Origin: a virus
Taxonomy: Duplodnaviria; Caudoviricetes
IMG/VR virus record: IMGVR_UViG_3300018019_000014
Coordinates: 1 to 52,166 of that record
DNA length: 52,166 bases
Strand: one strand, 5' to 3'
Below, one piece after another: positions 16,884 to 27,209 of the stretch. Every line of letters starts with the position of its first letter. The stretch's first letter is position 1. Below the pieces are notes generated by a model. That model had not been told where the DNA came from. It did no database searches and worked only from the letters and a program-made list of their open reading frames with translations. The position numbers and the translations under genes are program-made.

Positions 16884-17080
16884 TAGCCCCGGCTGTCCCT
16901 TCTCGGCATGAGGTGGCTGGTGCCACCAAGCTTCCGGCGGCGTTTCTTCTCGCGCGTCCATGGATTCGGATTGCCGGGATGCTGTTTATTCCAAGTTGCG
17001 GCGGCAATGCGCTTTGCCGTTTTCAACGAAGCGCCGCGACGCAATTCGGACTTTTTGATTTCTTCATACTGCTTTGGCAT
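16877..17080 (-). CDS. Small basic protein
   Basis: MPKQYEEIK...G.S.KTAKRIAAATWN; last gene of the late operon. Confidence 0.7.
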   Translation of the reverse strand: MPKQYEEIKKSELRRGASLKTAKRIAAATWNKQHPGNPNPWTREKKRRRKLGGTSHLMPRRDSRGYY

Positions 17081-17098
17081 AAGATTACTGGGTCTTGC

Positions 17099-20000
17099 TC
17101 ATCGTATTTCTGCGGGTGGCGGTCTAAGGTGAATGCCGGCTGTTCCCGCCGCCGCCCCGGCCAACAACGCGCGCAAGTAGCGGTCCGCTTCGTCCCCGGT
17201 CAAACCCTGAGCGGCGAACGCTTCTCGCACGGCGTCTGACACTGGGATCGGCGCGAACTGTTCCCCGGCAAATTCCCCGTATCCAAGCTGGTGTTTGCCT
17301 TCGCGCCGTTTGTAGCCGGGAAGTACGTCTGCGGACCAAGGCATCGTGTTGCCCAAGACATCTTCCTGAGTCAGCACGTCGGCGCCAACCTGAGCAAACG
17401 GGCTCAGTTTCCCGCGTGCGTAACGCATCGCCACCTTGCCGACCCGCTCTGTGCGCGAACTGAGTTTCTCCTCGATGCCCCGTGGTTGGCCAAAGCCAGC
17501 GTGAAGCAGATTGGCGAACAGGCGCACAATGCCCAACATCGGCGTGCCGATTCCCACGGAGTACCCGTGGATCTTGAACGCTAGAAAGTCCAGGCGGCGC
17601 GGGTCATCAAAGTTGATCTTCTCCTTGCTGTCGGAACTGGCGAGAATCGCCTGGTTGAGTTGCAGCAATCCGTAATACACGGCCGCGATGGACGCCTTTT
17701 GCCCTACATCAGCCAAGGCGATGCGGCGTGCTTCGGGCGTCGAGTTTTTCCAGTCAGCGAGGGTTTTCGCGCTGGTCGCAGTATCCTTAATGAGCCACTT
17801 CCAGCGCGAGACTTCCAAGTGTGGCGCAAAGAACGTGGTTCGCAACGGCCCTTCCAGTTGACCAAATCGAGCGGTGGAAGCCCCGGAAGCCGCGTTGATA
17901 CTCTCTGCCAACATTTTCGCGTAGTCAACATTCTGCAACTGCGGCGGGGCCGCTCGCCAGCGTCGGTTGAATTCGCCCTGGCGCGCAACCTTGAGCCAAT
18001 CCCAGGCCATGTTGCCCGCCAGTCCGAATTTTCTGAACAGCGGTCCGGTTTGTCCCTTCTGATATTCATCCATCTGCTGGTGCGGATCATTAAGCAAACC
18101 ATTGCGCCGCGCCAGAGGATAAAGCGGGTCTGCGCGCAAGTCCTGCATCGCGTTCTCGTGGAAAGAAATCGCCTGCTGGCGGTCTTTCAGGAACAACCCC
18201 ATTTGCTTGAGTGAATCCCCCCAGGCTGGAAACAGCGTTCTCCACGCCATCGGGTTGAAAACCTGGGTTGGAGTGTGCGTGCCGATCCAGGTTGTGCCGT
18301 GCCCGAAAACAGACAACTTGAAAAGGGCGTCGGGAATGGAACGAAGAAAGCGTTGCCAGCCTGGAAACTGCTGGTCTTTGAGCCAGTTCTTCGCTTCGGA
18401 TTTCAGCCGGCGCGCCTCCGACCGCGCCACGGCGACATCATCAGAGAGCGCCTTGACGGTCTTGGTCTGCGCGAGGCCCCGCGCCACGTCCTCCTTAGTC
18501 AGGCCCAGGTCCGTCGCCACGCCCTGCCGAGTCACGCCAAGATCGGTATCCACCTTGCCCAGGTAATGCACTTTCACGTAGTTCCAGAGTGCTTTGACCT
18601 GGACCGACGTCATGGGTGAGCCGGGCTTGTAATCGGCAAAAAGCTTGCGTGTCGCCTCAACGTCCGTGCCATCTGGGGCCTTTCCCGGCAACTGGTCAAC
18701 GGCGACTTTGGCTTTCGCTGTGGTCGTCTCAAGCTTTTTGCCGGCATCCAAGTTTTCGTCGGCGATCTTGTGTGCCGTCCGAGTTTGTTGCGGAGTGAAA
18801 TCTTTTCCCGTCTGTTTGAAAAACTCGGTTTGCAGCGCAACAAAATCGCCCGTGTCAATGTCGCGTTGCCCCTGTTGCGCCCGGCCAAGTTCGGCCCATT
18901 TGGAGGACTGCGGCTTGAGACGCTTTGCCCAGTCGTTGTTGGCATCCAGTGCCGTCTCGGCTTGAGGTGAGATTGGGCCGTGATCGCGCACGGCGTCATA
19001 GACAGCTTTTTCGAGGCGGTCACTGTGGGCGGACAAAGCGGCGAACTCGGCGGCGCTCGGCGGGCGCGTCGTGCCTGCCAGTTCCTTGAGCAGATTTTCC
19101 GAGTAGCCCGGCTGCGCGTCGAGGGTCTGGCCGATCCGGCTCCATTCTTCGGGCGTGTGAACCTCGCCGGGATCGGGGGTGCGAATTAGGCCAAGCTGAC
19201 CACGCTCTTCGAGGGAACGAACATTCGTGCCGGTAAGGCGCGGGCCTGGCGGCAGACCAGTGGGCGGAAGCTCGCCCGCGGCGGCGCCGCCCATGCCTAC
19301 CATGCCGGGGCCTTGCTCGGGCCGGGACAACTGCGACATCTTGACTGAAATCTGGCTGCCGCGTTTCGTGGCTACAACCGCCATATCGTCGGGCAGGGGA
19401 CCTCGATAGTTGACTTCCTCTGTGCCGCCTGGGCCTTTCAAAACCAAGGTGTCGCCCGGCTCGAATTTGGCAGGCGCAGGCTTTGGAGCAAGTCCGAGCA
19501 ATTCCTGTTCGGCCTGCTTCATCTCCGCAGAAAGCTGAGATGCGGCCTGCTTATTGGCCCAGACTGCTTTTTCTCGTGCTTTAGTTACTCGTATGCCTGC
19601 CGCTTTTAATTGCCTGTTCGCCTTGTCCTGAGCAGAAAGATTGTTGAGGAGCGTCCGCTGCTGCCTCAGCTTGCTGATGTAACTGTCTCGGAATCTCTGC
19701 CAGCCCATGTCCTCTTGGGTTGCGGCGGCGGACTTACCGAACAGGTCCGGCAGTTCCTCTTTCTTGCCCAACGTCGGCAGTTCTCCCTGGGCCCTCTCCG
19801 CGTTGAGCTTTGCCTGATATTTCTCGTGCAGGCCGAGGAGTCGGTCAAGATCGATTGGGTTAATCCGGCCTTGCTGCTTTCGGAGCGAAAGATAATCCCC
19901 AAGGATGCGTTCCTGGCCAATGATACCGCGGTCGAGAGCGCGGCCCATTGACAGCGCTGTATCCTCAGACTGCGGTGGCCTCGCCCCGGCCCGCTTGCCT

Positions 20001-22741
20001 TGTGGCTTGAAGTCCGATTTGATCTCCTCTGGGAATTGGTCGAAGGCAGCGAACGCCCCGACATCGCCGCTGCTGATGCGGCGGAGCTTGGCGATCTCCT
20101 CATCGACAATGCCTTGCTGTCGGGCCTTGCGGACGGCGGAAGCTGTGTCCACCAGGTTCTCAGGCACCGAAACGGTATTGTTGGCGATGGCCTCCGCAAA
20201 GGCATCCTCTTTGCTTTTGGCATCGCTGAACAGCACGTCAACCGTGTCAGGCACAGGTTGCCCTCCTTCGCGCAGCCGGCGCAGGCCCTCAGCACGGCTC
20301 GAACCGCCAGCCCGGTAAAGTTTCCCGGTCGCCGGATCGCGCCAAACAAGCGGCGGGGATTTCGCGGACTCCTGGGGCCGAAATCCTTCTTCGGCGACTT
20401 TCGAGGCGGTCGTTTCAGAGAATTTATCAGCGCGGGGTTGAAGCGGCTCGGCATTGATGAAGTCGTTGACGGAGAGCGGCTGCGTCGAAACGGCGGGTCT
20501 TGCGCCTTCTTTCGGCGGGGCTTGGCGGGAGAGGATTTCCTGGCGCACCTGGGCAATGGCTTCGTCTAGCGCCTGACGGTCCTCGATCTTCGTCCGCACA
20601 TAGGCAATGGCATCGTCCAACTCGCGTTGCCAGTCAGGCGGCAGACGTTCTTCCCCCGTCCCTGCTTTCGCTGGCTCGGCCTTTGGCTCGGGACTGGTAG
20701 GCTTGAATTTCACCTGTTCCGGTCGGAATGCAATCACTTCGTCCCCTTCCGCAAAGATCACGCCGTCAAATCCTGCCGCCTCAATGTTCTTTCGCGCTGT
20801 ATCGCCATCTGTGCCCCATTGATCAACATCCGCGTATTTCTTGAGGCGAAGCGGATTTTTGAGAGTCACCGTGACGTCTCTCCGACGAAACTTGTCCTCC
20901 ATGCCTTCTGGGATGTTGCCCCTGTATCGCTTATTGGTCGTCAGATAAAACCCCCGCACAGGATCGGTGTGGCCGGCGCTTGAACCAATTTTGGATTCAT
21001 TGAATGCTTCAAAATCTGGCTCGGTTGTGAAGTGATATGCTTGAATTACGATTGGAGCACCCTTTCCCGCTGTTGGCGCTGCGGGCATTTCTCGCTCTCC
21101 CATTTCAACGCCGTGAATATCGTCTGCGGAGTAGCCCTTTCTCAGAAGCTTTTTCCTGAGTTCCTTCTGGCGCTCAATGATTTCAGTCTTGCGCGCCTTA
21201 CTGACTCGCTTCTGGTTGAACTCACGAGTATTGGCAACCAATTCTGAAAACAGCCCAATGTCAGGATGCGGGGCCTTTCCCGTTGTCGGCTCTGCGGGGG
21301 ACGGGGCGACGGGTTCATCGGGCGTGAAGCCGATGTCCAGCGGCACGGCGGGCGCTTCCGGGGGCATCCCGCCGTATTTATTCTTGAGCGCTTCGCGTCG
21401 TGCCCAAACACCCTCTGCCATGAGCGGCTTTGAGGTAAGGTCCTGCCACTCGACCCAGTCGGCGGGCGTGGCATGGTAAGTCGTGCCAATGGGGTCCCCA
21501 AGGCCATTCATCTTGTCGCCGGTGGCGAGCTTGGCTACTTCTGGCGCTGCGGGTGCTGGCGCTGGCGCGGCCGCTTCGCCTGGTGGTCGTCCCAGGACTT
21601 CCGCCGTGGTCACCGGGCCTTTGGGCGGCGGCGAGGGCTTCGGAATAGGCTCACCGCCCGGTGGCGCTTCTGGTGGCGCTTCTGGCGGCGCCGGAGGCGG
21701 GCCGGGCTTCCGCTTTAGAGCTTCTTCGAGAGCGGCTAGGACTTCGGGGGATAACGGTTGGCTTGCGGCACTTTTGAGCGTTTCACCTGCCGGGAGCGAC
21801 TTCTGGATGATGTTGAGCACTGCACAAGCGGTCGGCGGGGCTGGCGGAGGCGTCGGACCGGGGGGCGCCTGCTCCATGCCCGGCGGCGGCCACTGACCCC
21901 AGGCCGCGCGCCCAAACTCCCGCGCGCGCTCATTGGACATGGTTGGCTCACCCAGGGCGGCCTTGACTTGCTTGATCGTACGGGCATCGGCGGCGCGGAT
22001 AACCTGAGAAGCGGTTTGCCGCTCTTCTGGCGGCGTGCCAGGCACTTCGGCACGGGCGGCGCGGGGCGGTTCATAGGCCGCAGTAGCCCGGCGCTGCATC
22101 ACCCGGGCTGCCATTGCTTCTTGTTCAGGAGTGACAACCTCCGACACCGCGGGTTCGCTCGGGGGCGGCATCGCGCCGCGCGGGATTGGCAGCAACCGGC
22201 CTGGAATCCCCGGCTGTTGGATTGTACGGGCACGCGAAGGCAATACGCCCGGCACAGCGATACCTGCGGTCAAGCCCGCGCCCAAAGCCGCCTCGGCAAT
22301 CTGCTGCGGGTCAGCCGTTACTGACGCTTCGCCCGCTGCTGTGCCGGCCGCCTTCGCGGCCAGGATTGAATAGAGCGTCCTGAGCGCAGGCGCGCCCAGG
22401 CGCGTTGCGCTTAAGGGCAGGCTCGCCAACCCGGCTGGCGAGAGTGTTCCCTGTACAAGCCCGGCTGCCACATTCACCGGCGCCGCGGCGAGTTTGTCGG
22501 CTAATGTCGTGCCTTCCAAGCGGGGAATCGGCGGGATGAAGGACTCAAACATTTTCCCTGGCATTTCGCGGATCGCCTTGCCCCAGTCCACGGTTGGCAG
22601 GGGCCCGGGCGGCTCGAAAATGTCCCCGGCCTCGAACTGCGGCAACGGCTCGCGCTTCGGACGCATGACATCCGCGTCGGGCTGGAAGCCCAAGTCGACG
22701 GCGGTGGTCTCCTCGTCCGCAATGAAGTCAAGTTCGGGCAC
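17099..22741 (-). CDS. Large polyvalent (probably ejected) protein with ADP-ribosyltransferase-like and ParB-like domains
   Basis: YHFT..F..F...GFYLT...LKNPL...GFDGVI....E.IAF.PEQVK (~21050-20705); PPLVWRD...GGSSR..G...AIANN plus HTH (~20480-20020). Confidence 0.75.
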   Translation of the reverse strand: MPELDFIADEETTAVDLGFQPDADVMRPKREPLPQFEAGDIFEPPGPLPTVDWGKAIREMPGKMFESFIPPIPRLEGTTLADKLAAAPVNVAAGLVQGTLSPAGLASLPLSATRLGAPALRTLYSILAAKAAGTAAGEASVTADPQQIAEAALGAGLTAGIAVPGVLPSRARTIQQPGIPGRLLPIPRGAMPPPSEPAVSEVVTPEQEAMAARVMQRRATAAYEPPRAARAEVPGTPPEERQTASQVIRAADARTIKQVKAALGEPTMSNERAREFGRAAWGQWPPPGMEQAPPGPTPPPAPPTACAVLNIIQKSLPAGETLKSAASQPLSPEVLAALEEALKRKPGPPPAPPEAPPEAPPGGEPIPKPSPPPKGPVTTAEVLGRPPGEAAAPAPAPAAPEVAKLATGDKMNGLGDPIGTTYHATPADWVEWQDLTSKPLMAEGVWARREALKNKYGGMPPEAPAVPLDIGFTPDEPVAPSPAEPTTGKAPHPDIGLFSELVANTREFNQKRVSKARKTEIIERQKELRKKLLRKGYSADDIHGVEMGEREMPAAPTAGKGAPIVIQAYHFTTEPDFEAFNESKIGSSAGHTDPVRGFYLTTNKRYRGNIPEGMEDKFRRRDVTVTLKNPLRLKKYADVDQWGTDGDTARKNIEAAGFDGVIFAEGDEVIAFRPEQVKFKPTSPEPKAEPAKAGTGEERLPPDWQRELDDAIAYVRTKIEDRQALDEAIAQVRQEILSRQAPPKEGARPAVSTQPLSVNDFINAEPLQPRADKFSETTASKVAEEGFRPQESAKSPPLVWRDPATGKLYRAGGSSRAEGLRRLREGGQPVPDTVDVLFSDAKSKEDAFAEAIANNTVSVPENLVDTASAVRKARQQGIVDEEIAKLRRISSGDVGAFAAFDQFPEEIKSDFKPQGKRAGARPPQSEDTALSMGRALDRGIIGQERILGDYLSLRKQQGRINPIDLDRLLGLHEKYQAKLNAERAQGELPTLGKKEELPDLFGKSAAATQEDMGWQRFRDSYISKLRQQRTLLNNLSAQDKANRQLKAAGIRVTKAREKAVWANKQAASQLSAEMKQAEQELLGLAPKPAPAKFEPGDTLVLKGPGGTEEVNYRGPLPDDMAVVATKRGSQISVKMSQLSRPEQGPGMVGMGGAAAGELPPTGLPPGPRLTGTNVRSLEERGQLGLIRTPDPGEVHTPEEWSRIGQTLDAQPGYSENLLKELAGTTRPPSAAEFAALSAHSDRLEKAVYDAVRDHGPISPQAETALDANNDWAKRLKPQSSKWAELGRAQQGQRDIDTGDFVALQTEFFKQTGKDFTPQQTRTAHKIADENLDAGKKLETTTAKAKVAVDQLPGKAPDGTDVEATRKLFADYKPGSPMTSVQVKALWNYVKVHYLGKVDTDLGVTRQGVATDLGLTKEDVARGLAQTKTVKALSDDVAVARSEARRLKSEAKNWLKDQQFPGWQRFLRSIPDALFKLSVFGHGTTWIGTHTPTQVFNPMAWRTLFPAWGDSLKQMGLFLKDRQQAISFHENAMQDLRADPLYPLARRNGLLNDPHQQMDEYQKGQTGPLFRKFGLAGNMAWDWLKVARQGEFNRRWRAAPPQLQNVDYAKMLAESINAASGASTARFGQLEGPLRTTFFAPHLEVSRWKWLIKDTATSAKTLADWKNSTPEARRIALADVGQKASIAAVYYGLLQLNQAILASSDSKEKINFDDPRRLDFLAFKIHGYSVGIGTPMLGIVRLFANLLHAGFGQPRGIEEKLSSRTERVGKVAMRYARGKLSPFAQVGADVLTQEDVLGNTMPWSADVLPGYKRREGKHQLGYGEFAGEQFAPIPVSDAVREAFAAQGLTGDEADRYLRALLAGAAAGTAGIHLRPPPAEIR

Positions 22742-22743
22742 GG

Positions 22744-23643
22744 TTATTCCTCGCTGGGGCCTGCAGCTTCCTCGATGACGGTGTAGCCAGCCTTCTTGGC
22801 AGCCTCAAGTTTGTCTGCCGGGATCGAGCCGGTCTTGCCCTCGGGCGACTTGACCCGGATGCGTGCCGCCGGCCCGGCGGCAGGCGCCGCGCCACCGGCG
22901 AGCGCACGCGGCATCGGCGCGCCGGGTGGCGACAATCGCCGAATGCGCATCATGTCTTTGCGGGCACTATCGGCTTCCCTTAAAAGGTCCTGCTTCCGGG
23001 CCAACTTGTCCTGTGGATTTGGAACATTACTGTCAGTGTCCACTTTGGCGAGGGCAGTCCGAGCGGCTGAGTAACGCTGCGCCGCATGTGAGAACTCGAC
23101 CTGTTCCAACGCAGCCTGCCGTTTTTGCTCGGGTGTCTCTTTCGCTGCGGCGGCGGCTGTGGCGGCGGCCTGACGCGCTGCAATTCCCGCCTGTTGGCGC
23201 TGCGCAATCGCTGCCTGCGTCGCTTGTTGCCGCGCCGCAATCGCCGCCTGCGGGCTTTGTTGCCCCATCGCGGCACTGGTCATTGGGCCGGCAGTGCCCG
23301 GAGACTGATAGAACATCATCGGGGCGTTACGAGCGAGGGCTTGATCGTGCGCCATCCCAGTTGCGAGATCAGCTTGGTACATCCGAACGCCTTGAAATCG
23401 AATCGCGGCGGCAACCGCCTTTTCGGCGCTCTGAATATCCGGTGCGTCTTGCTGCGCGGCTGATAGTGTTGACAAACCTTGGCTCTCCCAAGGCTGCATC
23501 GGCATTGTCCCTCGTGTCGCTGAGGCCAAACGCAATTGAAGGGCTGTTTGTGCTTCTGGTGAAAGCCCTGGCGAGGGGGCAAATGCCGGTGAAGGCATCG
23601 CCGTGGCAGGAGCCGTAAGTGTGTCGGTGTCACCATTTGGCAT
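22744..23643 (-). CDS. Putative internal virion/ejection protein
   Basis: Ala/Gln-rich coils; C-terminal IRVKSPEGKTGSIPADKLEAAKKAGY; position before the large protein. Confidence 0.6.
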   Translation of the reverse strand: MPNGDTDTLTAPATAMPSPAFAPSPGLSPEAQTALQLRLASATRGTMPMQPWESQGLSTLSAAQQDAPDIQSAEKAVAAAIRFQGVRMYQADLATGMAHDQALARNAPMMFYQSPGTAGPMTSAAMGQQSPQAAIAARQQATQAAIAQRQQAGIAARQAAATAAAAAKETPEQKRQAALEQVEFSHAAQRYSAARTALAKVDTDSNVPNPQDKLARKQDLLREADSARKDMMRIRRLSPPGAPMPRALAGGAAPAAGPAARIRVKSPEGKTGSIPADKLEAAKKAGYTVIEEAAGPSEE

Positions 23644-23644
23644 A

Positions 23645-24988
23645 TCAACCTCCGTATCCGTATCCGTATCCCGCATAACTGTCACCGCCAACTGGCACAT
23701 TGCCCGAGTACCCAAGGCCGGCATTGCCCGGTGTTGTCGCTGATGGCAGAGTTGTCGAGGCTGTCCAGTTCGTTGCCGGGTCAAGCCCCATGTCGAGATA
23801 ATCCTGCGGCGTCAACCCATACGAATCTTCCAGGTCCATCGGAACGCTTTGGCCGCTGGTGGTTGTGATCCTGTCTGTGCCGGGTGACTCGCTGGCGCGG
23901 CCGTAAAGGTTGGGGTCCATGCCGAGCGCCTGGTAATCGGCTGGGGTCAAGCCGTACTGGTCGGGCGTCTGGCCGACATCGTAGGTCGTGCTTAGTCCGG
24001 GAGGAAGTCCAGAGGCCCCGGCGTCCAGAATGTTTTGGCCGTTTGGTCCGACTATCACGCCCTGGCTGTTGATGTAGCTGCCTACGGGAAACGCACCGCT
24101 TTGGATTCCCGTATTCAGCGCCGTTTGCAACTGACCAAGTTGTTGCGAGGAAAGACCCGCCACGTTTCCCGTGCCAGGATCAATCAACCCTGGCCCTAAC
24201 GTTGCCTGTCCAGTTGCCGGGTCAATGGGGCCAGTTGTCGGCGTCGTTGTCGGCGTTGTTGTCGGCGTCGTTGTCGGCGTTGTTGTCGGCGTCGTTGTCG
24301 GCGTTGTTGTGGGAATAGTAATTACAGGGCTGCTCGTGCCAGTGCCAGGCAACGTAGTTGTGGTTGTTCCCGCCCCGCCGCCACCACCGCCAGCGCCAGC
24401 TTGTGCTGCCCGCTGTGCCAGCGCCGCATACTCATACGCCAACTGTTGCTGTTGCGCGTTCAGGCTACCCATCTGAGCAGGATTGAGAAGTTGTGTCGTT
24501 GGGTCCATCAATTGCGCGACGGGATTGCGCGCCGTCGCCGCGCTGAGTTCTTGCTGGCCGAGGCCCTGCAACTGCTCCGAAGTCAGTCCGAGCGAACGCA
24601 GATAATCGGCTTGGGTGCCCGCGCCCGCGGGCGAGCCGGTTGCAACGCCCCGCTCCGCAGCCTGTTGCCCAAGCAGATTGATCGTGGATTGCGAGACATT
24701 CCCCGCCAGCAAGTCTGCGATGTTCGCGCTGCTCTGAGCTTCCAGTCCCGCCTCGCCGGGGATACGGGCCGCGTTCGCCGCTTGTTGCGACGCGATATTG
24801 AGCTGGTTTATCTGGTTGACCAGTTGCTCAATGGAAGGGAGTCCGGCCAGGTTGCCTTGAGCCGCCGTGCTCGTCAATTGCGTCGGCGAGATGTTCGCCG
24901 GGATACCTGCAGCCGTTAGGGATGTACTTGTCGTGGTGGTTCCCCCAGGGGTGCCTATTGCGGTTCCGGTTGGTGTAAATATGGCCAT
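23645..24988 (-). CDS. Putative ejection/pilot protein with mucin-like Thr-Pro linker
   Basis: Gln/Ala helical N-terminus, (TTPT)n, YGLTP.DY..LG.DP repeat x2, GYGYGYGG end. Confidence 0.6.
   Translation of the reverse strand: MAIFTPTGTAIGTPGGTTTTSTSLTAAGIPANISPTQLTSTAAQGNLAGLPSIEQLVNQINQLNIASQQAANAARIPGEAGLEAQSSANIADLLAGNVSQSTINLLGQQAAERGVATGSPAGAGTQADYLRSLGLTSEQLQGLGQQELSAATARNPVAQLMDPTTQLLNPAQMGSLNAQQQQLAYEYAALAQRAAQAGAGGGGGGAGTTTTTLPGTGTSSPVITIPTTTPTTTPTTTPTTTPTTTPTTTPTTGPIDPATGQATLGPGLIDPGTGNVAGLSSQQLGQLQTALNTGIQSGAFPVGSYINSQGVIVGPNGQNILDAGASGLPPGLSTTYDVGQTPDQYGLTPADYQALGMDPNLYGRASESPGTDRITTTSGQSVPMDLEDSYGLTPQDYLDMGLDPATNWTASTTLPSATTPGNAGLGYSGNVPVGGDSYAGYGYGYGG
24234..24310. repeat. 12-bp tandem repeat encoding (TTPT)n
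   Basis: GTTGTCGGCGT(C/T) about six times. Confidence 0.9.
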
Positions 24989-24995
24989 AAATGCC

Positions 24996-26117
24996 TTATG
25001 AAAAAAGTTGACTCCAATTCGTTGCGAGCGGCGCGGGCGTCAAATTGGGAATCGGCGGCATTCCCTGAAAGCCCAAATTCGAGCCGGTCGTGCCGAGTGT
25101 AGGTGACGTGCTCGATGTCAGACCCAAGAGGTTAGGAATGGTGTTTGCGGTTGCCGCTGTCGTGCTGGCGGGGGTCGCTGTCTGACTGGGGAACAAGGAA
25201 GACAGAGTGTTCCCGAGCGACTGTGATGACAACAGGTTTTGCAGCGCCGTCGTAAGATCTTCTAACGACGTGTCCTCTGCAGTCGTTGCGGGAGCAGTCG
25301 TGGCTGTGGTTGTCGTTGAAGTGGACGTGTCGGGCGTCGTCGTTGTTGCGGGAGTGGGCGTGCCCAGTCCAGGGGATGCTGTCTCTGGCTGATAAAGGGG
25401 CGTAACTTTGCCCCCACGAATAGAGGAAACGCTTCCTGCTGCTGGCGGCAAAACTGGTGTTGCGGTGCCGGGTGTATAGGGGATCGGTGGCAAATTGACA
25501 ACCGGTTGCGTACTTTCTCGCATTAGCGAACTTTTTGTTGGCGGCGCGCCCCGGATGGAACTCATCGAACCCGTACCAGGTGCTGTCGCTGGAGTGCCCG
25601 GTATCGGGACCAAGCCGGTGCCAGTTGCCGTCGCCGGATTGCTGTAGGGCAACCCGAGATTCTGAGCCGCTTGAGCATAATTCGGATTGACCGGAGTAAC
25701 CGTGCCGTTCTCGCTTACCATCGTTCCAGGAAAGATTGTCGGATTCTGAACTCTGCTGTAAGTGCTCGGGACCGAGTATGGCGCTGTCGCCCCTTCCCCT
25801 TGCAGGTTCGACATTTCCTGTTGTCCAGCGATTGATGCAGGGGAGAGGCCCGCAATGGGCTGTCCTGACGTACTTGGCGCGGGGAGACCCAAAATTGCAG
25901 CCATCTCTGGACTGTAAAGATTGGCGTTTTGCTGCGCGGTCATCGGTCCGAGCGGTGCTTGCAAACTCTGTTGTAGAGCCTGCTGTGCAGCTATCCATGC
26001 CGGAGTGCCAACTTGCGACGGATCATCGACATACGCCTCCGGTCCTGGGATTGGCCGGTTGGCGCTAGTCGGCCCCGCGCCGCGAACCGAACTGTATGAA
26101 TCTCCAATGGTCGGCAT
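24996..26117 (-). CDS. Low-complexity Thr/Pro/Ser-rich virion-module protein
   Basis: 373-aa ORF; SS(V/I)RG motif repeated three times. Confidence 0.6.
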   Translation of the reverse strand: MPTIGDSYSSVRGAGPTSANRPIPGPEAYVDDPSQVGTPAWIAAQQALQQSLQAPLGPMTAQQNANLYSPEMAAILGLPAPSTSGQPIAGLSPASIAGQQEMSNLQGEGATAPYSVPSTYSRVQNPTIFPGTMVSENGTVTPVNPNYAQAAQNLGLPYSNPATATGTGLVPIPGTPATAPGTGSMSSIRGAPPTKSSLMRESTQPVVNLPPIPYTPGTATPVLPPAAGSVSSIRGGKVTPLYQPETASPGLGTPTPATTTTPDTSTSTTTTATTAPATTAEDTSLEDLTTALQNLLSSQSLGNTLSSLFPSQTATPASTTAATANTIPNLLGLTSSTSPTLGTTGSNLGFQGMPPIPNLTPAPLATNWSQLFS

Positions 26118-26121
26118 AGGC

Positions 26122-27162
26122 TCACACGGGCTGCGGAATTAAAGGCTGGCTGCCGAAAATCGAGCGCCGAATCGCGGGGCGCTCTTTGCCGAGGAAGTTG
26201 TCAAGCTGGCCAAAGAGCAACCGCAAGGCGCTCTGATGTTTTACGGCGCTGAGTTGCTGCGCGCCGGGCGTGTCCATCCGCCCGTAACGGACCGACATGC
26301 ACTCGTCTATCAGGGCCGGCACACTCTGGATCATGAGATAGTCGGTATCGGCAGCAACCGGGATGAAGTCGAGCTTGCACTGCGCGAGAACTTGGATCAC
26401 CCCGCCGGGCGTGTTGCAGCATTGCTTGGGCAGGCCATTCACGAAATACTTCCGATACTGGGCAACCTGCTCCCCCGGTCCCATCACGACCAAAGGCGAT
26501 TCAACGCCGGTCGCCGGGTCAACCTGGAACACCTGAACCTCGCCGAAGGTTTTGTCTTTCTGCAATCCGTACAAGCTGGAGTACAGATTCACCGAGTCGG
26601 CGAAGGGCGAGGCGAGCGCGATGCTCTCGCCGAACCCGCTCTGTCCGCTGATGGCGTCAACGTAGAGGACCTCCTTGCCGTTCTGGTCTTTGCCTTGGAT
26701 GAGCACAACTAGGCCGGCATCGGCTGAGTTGGCGGCATAGACCCGGATGGTCTGCGGAGTGCCCGCCAGAGGAAACGCTGTCACGACTGTCTCCCGCTCA
26801 TAGGCGGCGAGGGCTTGGCACGGGGCCGGCGGGGTGCAGCAACCCGAAGGTTGAAAGCCGCGCCCAAACTCAAGGAACTCGTAAAACTCGTTGTGGATGC
26901 GGACAGGGTGTTTGCACACGTCGAGGAGGATCACGCGGGCAACCTCGCGGGGCGTGATGAAGTAGGGGTTGCTCGCGGTCAAGTTGAACGCCATGCGGAC
27001 CCAGGACCCCCAAAAACCTTCATCAGGCGCGAGCGGGTCATTCATCAGGCGCTCCTGGGCTTCGTTTACGGCCGCCGCAACCGAAAGCGTGTCGGTGTTG
27101 CAGAGGCCGATTGCCTCGGGCAAACCACTGATTCTGGCGTCGTAAAGTCTCGGCCTATTCAT
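26122..27162 (-). CDS. Putative head-tail adaptor / tail tubular protein A-like
   Basis: VNEAQERL N-terminal helix pattern, size and synteny. Confidence 0.55.
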   Translation of the reverse strand: MNRPRLYDARISGLPEAIGLCNTDTLSVAAAVNEAQERLMNDPLAPDEGFWGSWVRMAFNLTASNPYFITPREVARVILLDVCKHPVRIHNEFYEFLEFGRGFQPSGCCTPPAPCQALAAYERETVVTAFPLAGTPQTIRVYAANSADAGLVVLIQGKDQNGKEVLYVDAISGQSGFGESIALASPFADSVNLYSSLYGLQKDKTFGEVQVFQVDPATGVESPLVVMGPGEQVAQYRKYFVNGLPKQCCNTPGGVIQVLAQCKLDFIPVAADTDYLMIQSVPALIDECMSVRYGRMDTPGAQQLSAVKHQSALRLLFGQLDNFLGKERPAIRRSIFGSQPLIPQPV

Positions 27163-27209
27163 GGTCTATCTCCGTTTCTACGCTTCGCCGGGCGATTTGC
27201 AAGGGAATT

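Noticed and set aside
24234-24310. Tandem repeat as an array or iteron
   Set aside because: In-frame 12-bp coding repeat without spacers
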